64,000 nucleotides of DNA from IMGVR_UViG_3300032245_001746:255858-319857, one strand, 5' to 3'. Shown: positions 55,837 through 63,860, counted from the stretch's first letter. Notes: generated from the letters alone by a model not told the origin. Numbers and translations: made by a program.

Positions 55837-56082
55837 TCAGATAATAGAAATTGCCAACACTTCATTTGCTTGTGGAGAATAATCATCTGCTTTATCTCCA
55901 ACGATTGTGCCACACATATCAATGTAAACCACATTTAACATATTTACTTCATCAATAAACTGAACATCTTTTGAATCATTATCATTTTGATGAAGACCAA
56001 TATATGTGTTTTCGCCATATTTTTCAATTAACAAATTGACTGCATCTCTTAGAGTTCTAAGAGTGTTGAAATTATAGTGCAT
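55837..56082 (-). CDS. Hypothetical protein
   Basis: ORF on coding strand. Confidence 0.7.
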   Translation of the reverse strand: MHYNFNTLRTLRDAVNLLIEKYGENTYIGLHQNDNDSKDVQFIDEVNMLNVVYIDMCGTIVGDKADDYSPQANEVLAISII

Positions 56083-56223
56083 GTTTTTGATCTTTCAATT
56101 TTTGAAGAATAGTCAATTCGCTATATGTGAATAAAAAATATAAATGATGACCGTTTTCGGTAAACAAAATGGCATCAGCAGGAGAAACATGTTTATCTAA
56201 TGTTTGAATTAAATCTCTAATTT

Positions 56224-56772
56224 TCATGATGCAATTTTTTCTAATTCTTGAATTCTTAAATTAAAATCATCTAACAATTTTTGAAAATTAAAAGTTTTAG
56301 ATAATCTTTCAACATGTTTGGCAAGATAATATAAAGCTTTTTTATCTGAATGATTATTAAATGAATATTTGTAATAACAAAATGCTGGAAGCCACACGGC
56401 AGATTTAACTAATTCCTGAGCAGAATCGTTCAAATTAAAATGTTTTTCAGCAGATAGTTGAAATGCCCAAACTCTAGCTTCTCGTTTTACCTGATCTGAT
56501 GTTTGTGGTTCATATCCCCAACTTGTTCCAACTTGCCAGAATTTACCATAATAAAATCCCCAATTTCTTGATGGGAATTTTTTCAATCGTCTGATATCTA
56601 ATTCAGCAAAATGGCATATTTCGTGAAATAAATTAGATAAATTTAAACTTGGACCAGCAGCCGCACCAACAAAATAAGACTTTTCTTCACAAATTTGTCC
56701 TTCCATTTTACTTCTTAGTTGAAAAATGGGGCTTTGAAAGAATGTCTTTTTTATTTCATGTGCAATCGACAT
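56224..56772 (-). CDS. HExxH protein (loose resemblance to EF-P hydroxylase EpmC family)
   Basis: LFHEICHF...RR...GY.P...Q...E...WAFQ. Confidence 0.45.
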   Translation of the reverse strand: MSIAHEIKKTFFQSPIFQLRSKMEGQICEEKSYFVGAAAGPSLNLSNLFHEICHFAELDIRRLKKFPSRNWGFYYGKFWQVGTSWGYEPQTSDQVKREARVWAFQLSAEKHFNLNDSAQELVKSAVWLPAFCYYKYSFNNHSDKKALYYLAKHVERLSKTFNFQKLLDDFNLRIQELEKIAS

Positions 56773-56912
56773 TGTTTTCTTTCAATTTCTAAGTTAACAT
56801 AAAATTCTTTTCCATTAATCATGGAAATACATGTTTTAGTTATGTAAATGCCATCATGGGGATCAAGAGTTTAGTTATTGAAGAAATGTGATAGATATTA
56901 ATAACACCAGAT

Positions 56913-57362
56913 TCAACATGAATGAACAGAGGTTTTTGATTTGTCATAATCATTTTGGTTTTTTCTTTCCTTTAAAGGAAAAATTGCTTCACCCCAAGAT
57001 TGACCTGCATCTTGATTCATTTGAACTGGATTTAAATAGTAAAAATTAAAAGAAGTTTCTCCAAAATCAGCAAGCAATGCCGAAATTGTTTTATCGCTTT
57101 TCATTTCATAATCATCATCCCAACCCATATTTTGTAAAGCCTGACCAAAAATGCATCCTTTGCATTCTGGACCAAGAATTATATTTACATTTGATTTGGA
57201 TTTTGCTGATCCATTATAATAACATTGAGCATCTAGTTTTCGATAGGCTGTATTGTAAATAAAATCGGGATTTTCTGTTCCCAACTTAATTACTTCTGCA
57301 TTTAATGAATCAGCAAATTCATTAACAGATGAATGTTTCCCAATAACTTCTTTTAAATTCAT
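56913..57362 (-). CDS. Family A protein
   Basis: Paralog motif. Confidence 0.9.
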   Translation of the reverse strand: MNLKEVIGKHSSVNEFADSLNAEVIKLGTENPDFIYNTAYRKLDAQCYYNGSAKSKSNVNIILGPECKGCIFGQALQNMGWDDDYEMKSDKTISALLADFGETSFNFYYLNPVQMNQDAGQSWGEAIFPLKERKNQNDYDKSKTSVHSC

Positions 57363-57388
57363 TTTTTTCTCCAATTAATATTATGTAA

Positions 57389-57730
57389 TTACCAATTATA
57401 TTTTTGAAATGAATCAACTTTGTATGCATCTGCATCGAATTCAATTATAACGGCAGATACTGAATTTGCGTATTCAATAATTGGTTTAAACCAATCAGGA
57501 GTGTCTTCTGTCATATCTGTTACCCAAACGATCCAGCCATATTCAGATTCAACAACGCGATATGATCCAAATTTTGGTGCCGGTCCTGGAACGTGGACTG
57601 TTGATAATTGCAACATATTATTCACAATACGTTCTTGGTGTCCACAATTGTTGCAATATCCGTTAGCATCACAACTCATTAAATGAGTTCCAAACATCGT
57701 ACATTGTTCAATATTTGAATGGTTAGGCAT
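57389..57730 (-). CDS. Hypothetical protein with N-terminal Cys/His cluster
   Basis: HLMSCD..GYCNNCGH. Confidence 0.7.
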   Translation of the reverse strand: MPNHSNIEQCTMFGTHLMSCDANGYCNNCGHQERIVNNMLQLSTVHVPGPAPKFGSYRVVESEYGWIVWVTDMTEDTPDWFKPIIEYANSVSAVIIEFDADAYKVDSFQKYNW

Positions 57731-57796
57731 TTGAGTTCCTTAAATTAAACAAATAAATTTTAATTTTTTTGATTCTTATGTAAGTTCATTGTACAA

Positions 57797-58405
57797 TCAA
57801 ACTTTTGAATATGTTTCACGTTTTGTTATTTCATATCCATTTTCATCATATGTTGATTCAGAAAAATATCCACTTGAATTTTTGTGTGTCAACCGACATC
57901 CATTGTGATCATATGTTGATTCAGAAAAATATCCATTTGAATCCTTATAGTTAAGAAGAGAACCATTTTCATTGTGTGTTTGTTCATACGAAAATCCTCT
58001 GGAATGTTTGTATGTCGACACATTGCCATTTTTGTCATATGTATATTCATACCAATATCCATAAGAATCTTTACATCTAAACAATTTACCATTTTCATTA
58101 TAAATTCTATGACATCCAATTAATTGAATTAATTCATCTGGATCATTAATTTCTCGAATAATTCTTATCTTGTCTGTACAAGATTTATCATTTTCTTCAA
58201 TTGTGAATAAACCTAAATCTTCAATTTCCAATAATTTGAATCGCCTTGTATATGAATAATGTTTCAATGTATTTCTAGCATTTTTGCAATAATGAAATCC
58301 ACGTGAACACATAATTGGCTTTTCTGACAATTCATAAGTTTGACCAATTTCAAATTTAAAATCGCGACAAACAAAATCGTAGGTAGCTTTATATCCAATT
58401 TTCAT
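57797..58405 (-). CDS. Family B protein with 24-aa tandem repeats
   Basis: Paralog motifs; SSGYFSESTYD repeats 72 bp apart; stop in the repeat. Confidence 0.9.
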   Translation of the reverse strand: MKIGYKATYDFVCRDFKFEIGQTYELSEKPIMCSRGFHYCKNARNTLKHYSYTRRFKLLEIEDLGLFTIEENDKSCTDKIRIIREINDPDELIQLIGCHRIYNENGKLFRCKDSYGYWYEYTYDKNGNVSTYKHSRGFSYEQTHNENGSLLNYKDSNGYFSESTYDHNGCRLTHKNSSGYFSESTYDENGYEITKRETYSKV

Positions 58406-58444
58406 TTTATTATTTTCTATTTTAAATGTAAAAAGTTATTTAAC

Positions 58445-58633
58445 TTATGATGCTAAAAAATAGCAAATTGCAAAATAAACAGCCCAGATGAAACCAATGG
58501 GTATAAGCCAAAAAAACCTATAAATTGATCCAAAATCATAATGACTTGTTCTATGATAAGGTCTAAACAACATAATTAAACAGAACAATGTTGCAGCGAT
58601 TGGAATAAAGATTGCATTAATTGTAATTGACAT
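58445..58633 (-). CDS. Two-TM membrane protein
   Basis: Hydrophobic. Confidence 0.75.
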   Translation of the reverse strand: MSITINAIFIPIAATLFCLIMLFRPYHRTSHYDFGSIYRFFWLIPIGFIWAVYFAICYFLAS

Positions 58634-58643
58634 AAATTTTTTT

Positions 58644-59042
58644 CTAAGAAATTAGTTCACTAATAGATTTTTTCCAAGATCCACCTAAATCCTGGCAAGC
58701 CTGAGTTCGTCTGAACTTTTCAAGCAAATCCTGATATTTTATTTCATAATTAAGAATTAAAGTATTTAAATACGTGTCAATTCTAAGTGACATTCCTAAT
58801 TCATCATAATTATTGCATCCCATATTTTGTAGGGCTTGACCGAAAATACAACCATTACATTTTGGACCTACAATAGATCCTATTTTGTTTTTTGCTGGAC
58901 CGTAGTATGTACAAAATCCTTCTCTATTAGGATTATAAACAAAATCAGGATTGCTTGTTCCTAATTTAATTACTTCTTGCTTTAAAGCTTCAAGAAATTC
59001 AAGTTTTGAATTAAACTTATTGCAAATATCAATTAACTTCAT
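58644..59042 (-). CDS. Family A protein
   Basis: Paralog motif (CNGCIFGQAL); start trimmed to MKLID. Confidence 0.9.
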   Translation of the reverse strand: MKLIDICNKFNSKLEFLEALKQEVIKLGTSNPDFVYNPNREGFCTYYGPAKNKIGSIVGPKCNGCIFGQALQNMGCNNYDELGMSLRIDTYLNTLILNYEIKYQDLLEKFRRTQACQDLGGSWKKSISELIS

Positions 59043-59076
59043 CGTTATTAATCTTTTCTTGAATAGGACATTATAA

Positions 59077-59376
59077 CTAGAAATTTGTAACACACAAATT
59101 GTGTCGTTCAATCTTTTTTGATAAAAGCAAACAGATTTTGTCCAATAAGACAAAATCTGTTTTTTCTTTTGAATTTAAAGAGGCACATTCAATATTAAAT
59201 GCACAGTTTGAATTCATAACACAATTAATACGAAATAATTGTTTTCCATATCTGAATTGATAATAAAAATTCTTAGAACGCAAATTTAATATTCCAAAAA
59301 TTTTAGGATTGGAATATCCACTTATCAATAAAGTATCTTTTTCTCGTATCCAATTGTACAATGTTATTAAATTCAT
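59077..59376 (-). CDS. Hypothetical protein
   Basis: Coupled to the 576-aa gene. Confidence 0.65.
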   Translation of the reverse strand: MNLITLYNWIREKDTLLISGYSNPKIFGILNLRSKNFYYQFRYGKQLFRINCVMNSNCAFNIECASLNSKEKTDFVLLDKICLLLSKKIERHNLCVTNF

Positions 59377-61106
59377 TATTGCTCCTTGAATAAATTAACA
59401 AATGTATCCTTGTTTACTTTATTCACAGATAAATCAATATCTGCTTCGGCTACATCAGAAACAATTTCTGCTCCAGCATCTGATAAAATTGTTTTCAAAC
59501 CGACTTGAAACAATGAGTTTTCAACTAATGCAGTTAATCCATTAGCCTTAGATGAAACTCTAGCATTTCCACTTCCGCCATTTACTACTACAAAATAATT
59601 AGATCCCAATATTCCCAGCGTTGTTTGTTTCTGAGAAGAAACTACATATTCATCAATAATAACATTATTTGGGTCCATTAAATATTGTTTTGAAATATCT
59701 TCTCCATCTCCAACAATTAACTTAAATTTAGTGTTTTCTTGACCATAGAATATATTTGCTGTAACTAAACTAAATTGATCACCACGATTATTATCGCAAT
59801 GAATGTATTCTACAGCACCATTAACTGCATTCGTAATATCTCCACTGTATGTTAATCCATTTCTCGTCCATGATGAATTCCATCCCACCTTAGAATTATT
59901 AATATCCATTGATGACAAATCAATATCATGAGCACCCCAACTATTTTCCCAATAAATCCCAACTACAAGTCGTTTGCCATAAATTTTAGTGCCCACAGGT
60001 ATATTGCCAACAAACATTTTTTCCGAAGTTGGCAACGCATAATCTACATTAGATGGAATATAGATTCGCTTACCAGAAAGATTAAATCTCTTGCGTAGAT
60101 ATTGTGTTAAAAATGAATAATTATTCAGACACACATCTGTATTTGGATTGGTATTGTTTTCAACAAATGTTTTTCCATTTCTTACTCTATAACTAAAGCT
60201 TTTTTGACCATTAACACGTGTAGCAACAGCGTTAATAGCTTTAAATAAAGAAAAAATTGTTGCATTATCAAGCCAATGAATATCATTTTCAGTAAGTTTA
60301 GTTGTTGTTACACAATTTAAAGCATTTACTGGAATAGGTTTGTGATACTTCTTAGATAGTTTTGACAACTTGTTGATTAATGCTGGACAAAAAGATTTCA
60401 TTGCCAAAAACAATGGTTTATATCGATTGAAAATCGATGATACTTTGTCCAATCCAAATCGTTCAAACAATTCGGTTGGATCATAATATGATTTCTTCAT
60501 TAATTCAATTGATGATTGATTAACAATAAGAAGTGTAGAACCAGTTTTCTTAAAAAACACATAACGAAATAAATCCATCACATTACTTGGAACAATTCCG
60601 TATCGGTCCATAATACGAATTGTTGCTTCTTTATTTTTGACGGAAAAACCATCATTAAACTTAACATTTAACTCTTGCAATAAATCAAGAATTAAATTAA
60701 TTGTTTCTTCTTTGAGTGCCAATCCAGAATTGAGCATGTTCATACATTTATTTTTCAATTCTTCAGAGGTACACGCTTTAATCACACGTACTTTTAATTT
60801 TTGATCAGGAATATTATGAACTTCTTCTGGAATATACATTTCTCCCTCGAACATATTTCCATATGTCGAAATGTAATGCAAAACTTGATCCATCAATCGC
60901 TTTAGTGTATCACCAGAACTTGCAAATGATTTGTAAAATCCTGCATTCAATTGCTTTGGTGTCAAATTTTTAGAATTGAAATATGTTTCAACTGCTCTTT
61001 GTGCATAAAGAGTATTTGGCATAAATACATAGCCATCGTTATTTACGATAATATCTTTGTTTGATTCTTTTGCCAAAACAACACCAAATAATTCAAGGCT
61101 TTTCAT
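59376..61106 (-). CDS. 576-aa protein with helical N-terminal region and TerD-like C-terminal domain
   Basis: GIYW...DIDLS...VGWN...YSGDIT.A..GA.EYI resembles TerD-type beta-sandwich motifs. Confidence 0.6.
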   Translation of the reverse strand: MKSLELFGVVLAKESNKDIIVNNDGYVFMPNTLYAQRAVETYFNSKNLTPKQLNAGFYKSFASSGDTLKRLMDQVLHYISTYGNMFEGEMYIPEEVHNIPDQKLKVRVIKACTSEELKNKCMNMLNSGLALKEETINLILDLLQELNVKFNDGFSVKNKEATIRIMDRYGIVPSNVMDLFRYVFFKKTGSTLLIVNQSSIELMKKSYYDPTELFERFGLDKVSSIFNRYKPLFLAMKSFCPALINKLSKLSKKYHKPIPVNALNCVTTTKLTENDIHWLDNATIFSLFKAINAVATRVNGQKSFSYRVRNGKTFVENNTNPNTDVCLNNYSFLTQYLRKRFNLSGKRIYIPSNVDYALPTSEKMFVGNIPVGTKIYGKRLVVGIYWENSWGAHDIDLSSMDINNSKVGWNSSWTRNGLTYSGDITNAVNGAVEYIHCDNNRGDQFSLVTANIFYGQENTKFKLIVGDGEDISKQYLMDPNNVIIDEYVVSSQKQTTLGILGSNYFVVVNGGSGNARVSSKANGLTALVENSLFQVGLKTILSDAGAEIVSDVAEADIDLSVNKVNKDTFVNLFKEQ

Positions 61107-61131
61107 GATTTTTCTTTTCTTTTTAAAAAAT

Positions 61132-61297
61132 GGGCGAGAAGTAATTGAATTTAGAAAATTTTTTTATAGGAACTTCTTTTGCCCTAAAACTAAAAGAGAC
61201 GAAGAGTAAATTGCATAGTCGTTTAATAGGAACTCTTTTTGTCTCAAATTAAGATGAAGAGTAATTTACCAAAAAAATAGGAACTCTTTTTATCTTA
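61132..61297 (-). ncRNA. Three tandem covarying hairpins in the 5' leader of the 576-aa gene
   Basis: Units 61132-61184, 61196-61245, 61250-61297. Confidence 0.75.
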
Positions 61298-61352
61298 ATC
61301 ATCTATCCATTGTACAACCAAACTTGATAAATGGTAACACTTTTTTTAGAAC

Positions 61353-61682
61353 TTACATGTTATCATTATTTTTTTTAATGAAATTTGATTCATCTAACAC
61401 GTGAATCATAATTACTACTAAATCATCAATTTTAAATTCATTTAATGGTGACGTACATAAACCACCACTCCAACTATCTGTTGATGCCCAATTTTCTCCA
61501 ATTATATCACACTTTTCATCACAAGATGAAAGTTTGACAGGTTTAATTTTTGCAAGTTTTAATAATTCTCCACTTTTATTATCATCGACATAACCAGAAC
61601 GATAAAGATGAGGAATCACACATTTGTTTATGTGTGCAATTATTTTCTTGCGTGCTTTTCTAATTGAAGAAATTTCGCTCAT
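61353..61682 (-). CDS. Hypothetical protein
   Basis: After tRNA-Lys. Confidence 0.75.
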   Translation of the reverse strand: MSEISSIRKARKKIIAHINKCVIPHLYRSGYVDDNKSGELLKLAKIKPVKLSSCDEKCDIIGENWASTDSWSGGLCTSPLNEFKIDDLVVIMIHVLDESNFIKKNNDNM

Positions 61683-61710
61683 AATTACTTTCTAAATCAA
61701 GTTAATGAAG

Positions 61711-61783
61711 TGGTGCCGGTGGGAATCGAACCCACGACCATTGGATTAAAAGTCCAGTGCTCTACCAACTGAGCTACAACACC
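61711..61783 (-). tRNA. tRNA-Lys(UUU), third copy, no CCA
   Basis: GGTGTTG/CGGCACC acceptor, CTTTTAA loop. Confidence 0.95.
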
Positions 61784-61802
61784 ATATTTAAACATTGTAC
61801 AA

Positions 61803-62162
61803 TCAAACTTCAAATTTACATAAATGTCTATATAATTCAATATTTATTAAAATTTGATGTACGTGAATATCATTTGCTACAATTTCTAATTTTTTAATTT
61901 CTTTAAGATAATAATTACATCTATATTCTGCCCATTTTTTGGGAGATAAATCAAAATTTTCTGGTTTGCGTTCCCACAGTTCTTTTGCTTTTTCTAAAGT
62001 AATTATTTCTCCAAATAGCCATCCAGTTTTTTTACCAACATTATTTTCAATAAATTTCTCAAATTCTTTTTGAATTTCTTTAGGTGTTGATTCATAATAT
62101 TTTTCAATACACGAAAGAATTCTTTGCTTTGTTACTTGTACATAACCTATTGGATTATTCAT
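61803..62162 (-). CDS. Hypothetical protein
   Basis: Ends FEV-TGA in the repeat. Confidence 0.75.
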   Translation of the reverse strand: MNNPIGYVQVTKQRILSCIEKYYESTPKEIQKEFEKFIENNVGKKTGWLFGEIITLEKAKELWERKPENFDLSPKKWAEYRCNYYLKEIKKLEIVANDIHVHQILINIELYRHLCKFEV

Positions 62163-62703
62163 TTTCTTCTTTCAATTGTTTTCTAACATTTATTAAGGAA
62201 AAACCTAAAAGATTTTTTCCTTTCCAATTTTTGGGATTTTTTACCAAATTGTTTTCTTCTTTTAATCCAATTCCCCAAATTTTATCGTATGGACTTGCTT
62301 CAACAAGGATTAAATCATTTGTTGAAATTAAAAATTCTTTTAAAGAAGAGTTTTGTTTGAATTTTTCCAAATTACCTTTAGTTACAATTTTTACGCATTC
62401 TTGCTCCCAAATTGTTTCATTAAAATTTTCAACTTTTCTTCCAAATGATTTTGCTTCTTTTGGATCGGTTGAGTTAATAATTTTTTCAAATGATTTTTGA
62501 TCATTAAACAATTTAGCCTTTGATGCCATCATCCAATGTTCTGCTGTTGCATATGAAACATTATCTACTACAAATTTTGAAGGATACCATTGACTTAAAC
62601 ATGCTTTTGTAATAGACAAGCCTGATTCAAAATGCATCCAGAAATATAAATAATCAAATTTAGTTCCACTTTCACATTCATTAATAAGTGTGTGTAAATC
62701 CAT
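62155..62703 (-). CDS. NADAR family (YbiA-like) protein
   Basis: LSQWY..F......TAEH.MMA.KA.LF.D; EASPYD.IWGIG; G.NLLG..L..VR. Confidence 0.92.
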   Translation of the reverse strand: MDLHTLINECESGTKFDYLYFWMHFESGLSITKACLSQWYPSKFVVDNVSYATAEHWMMASKAKLFNDQKSFEKIINSTDPKEAKSFGRKVENFNETIWEQECVKIVTKGNLEKFKQNSSLKEFLISTNDLILVEASPYDKIWGIGLKEENNLVKNPKNWKGKNLLGFSLINVRKQLKEENE

Positions 62704-63203
62704 TAAATTGACCACCAATCTTTATGAAGAAAATCAACATTGTTTTTTGAATACAACATTTCCCATTCTGGACTTGTTTCTGCATCATCATACAAATATT
62801 TGATTTTTGCTTTCAATCCACGATGTTTATTTGCGTGCGACCTGAAATATTGATCTTTATCTTTCATTTCCAGTAGTAATTTAACATATGGATTATTCAT
62901 CCCATAATTCTTGGAAATTTCATCAAGTGCTTTTTTAGCTGCAATTTTAATTGCAATATGAGTATTTGACACTCTTTCTTCAGGAGTTATTCGCACCAAT
63001 ACTGGATTAATTTGATATTCATAATATTTGTTTTCCAATGGCATCAAGCTTTCGAAATATACAGCGAATAAATCATTGCAAAAATGTTCTTGTTGTGGTT
63101 TATGATTCACTTTAATTTCAGATGGTTGATGTTTTTTGTTGTAAAAGTGATTAATTAATGCAACAGAAATTAATAGTGCAAAAACAGAAAGTGCTACCAA
63201 CAT
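62703..63203 (-). CDS. Membrane-anchored hypothetical protein
   Basis: N-terminal TM. Confidence 0.75.
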   Translation of the reverse strand: MLVALSVFALLISVALINHFYNKKHQPSEIKVNHKPQQEHFCNDLFAVYFESLMPLENKYYEYQINPVLVRITPEERVSNTHIAIKIAAKKALDEISKNYGMNNPYVKLLLEMKDKDQYFRSHANKHRGLKAKIKYLYDDAETSPEWEMLYSKNNVDFLHKDWWSI

Positions 63204-63238
63204 AAAATTTCCTTTAATAAATTTGTTTCAAAATAATA

Positions 63239-63424
63239 TTATCTTTTTAAAAATTCCCTTGCAGATGTGACTGCATATTCAAATCTTCTGAGATTTTCAA
63301 GTTCTTTTAAGTAATACAAAAGCATGTGAATGTCATTAACATCTGGAGCTACTCTGGCTTGGAGAGATTTAATTGTTTCATTTAAACTCAGATTTTTGTA
63401 TGGCATTTTCTTTGAAAAATCCAT
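63239..63424 (-). CDS. Hypothetical protein
   Basis: AAGGA RBS. Confidence 0.7.
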   Translation of the reverse strand: MDFSKKMPYKNLSLNETIKSLQARVAPDVNDIHMLLYYLKELENLRRFEYAVTSAREFLKR

Positions 63425-63554
63425 TATTATTTCCTTTTTAATAAACCCTAGATATTTACAGGCTTTTGTACGTTTACCAAACGATTCTGAACCATCTGCT
63501 CTAGTCTTTTAGTTTTCAGACACTACTATCTTCAAGCAGTTTTTTATGCAAATA

Positions 63555-63830
63555 TCACTGACCAGCAGAAAATACCAACTTTTTATTCAAAGTGTATTTT
63601 CCATCTGTGCAGTTTAGGTTAATTTGACCTGTTCCAATATAACCGTTTGTGTATGGATCATACTCAAATAAAATTTGTTTTTTGAGTTTTTCAGATTTTT
63701 CAATATCTGAATTTTTAAATTTTGGATGATCTGCTATCAATTCTTCATTGTTATTATAAACATAAAGTGTATAACCGCCATCCCCATTATCTTGAAGACG
63801 TGTAACAACTGGAATTGTAATTTCACTCAT
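63555..63830 (-). CDS. Hypothetical protein
   Basis: ORF on coding strand. Confidence 0.75.
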   Translation of the reverse strand: MSEITIPVVTRLQDNGDGGYTLYVYNNNEELIADHPKFKNSDIEKSEKLKKQILFEYDPYTNGYIGTGQINLNCTDGKYTLNKKLVFSAGQ

Positions 63831-63860
63831 GTTTTATTTCTTTTTGAATTGTTTTTTCTC

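Larger units (their letters stand above)
5516..61809 (-). promoter_or_regulatory. Dispersed 16-bp element AGTTTGATTGTACAAT (+ strand ATTGTACAATCAAACT), about 78 copies in one orientation; putative early promoter / cassette junction
   Basis: Manual + strand starts: 5516,5920,6198,6480,6723,6875,7189,7444,7827,8033,8251,8484,8781,9056,9447,9803,10016,10294,10447,10683,11239,11334,11633,11933,12321,12556,12774,13161,13538,13800,14121,14666,14901,15268,15451,16160,16397,16725,17325,17996,18420,18771,19375,20070,20797,21316,22229,22514,23946,24892,25301,25457,26213,26298,27023,27474,29129,29565,31010,32251,32893,35702,37720,38444,39478,41465,42858,43733,44505,45737,46497,48502,51531,52561,54736,57788,61309,61794 (about a dozen have 1 mismatch). 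The TACAAT hexamer lies 11-12 nt before three tRNA 5' ends and typically 15-60 nt before RBS+ATG. Promoter role is inferred. Confidence 0.85.

Noticed and set aside
32902-58405. Diversity-generating retroelement acting on family B repeats
   Set aside because: No reverse transcriptase is present, and no non-coding template/variable repeat pair with adenine-specific differences was seen.
59353-59362. Palindrome-only ATTGTACAAT (also partials at 12276 and 51141)
   Set aside because: They lack the CAAACT half and lie inside coding sequence. They are expected by chance in AT-rich DNA.
5516-61809. CRISPR array interpretation of the recurring 16-mer
   Set aside because: Intervals range from about 85 bp to several kb and contain whole genes and tRNAs. 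The repeat is too short and no cas genes are present.
5516-61809. Classical integron attC sites
   Set aside because: GTTTGAT is one mismatch from GTTRRRY, but there is no paired R''/R' box or long imperfect hairpin per site and no integrase in the window. Kept only as an analogy.
6974-63512. Plus-strand ORFs beyond 1562 (e.g. 6974, 13785, 14285, 20375, 21851, 62084) and alternative-frame minus ORFs
   Set aside because: They are antisense or frame shadows of better-supported minus-strand genes, lack RBSs and show no recognisable motifs.
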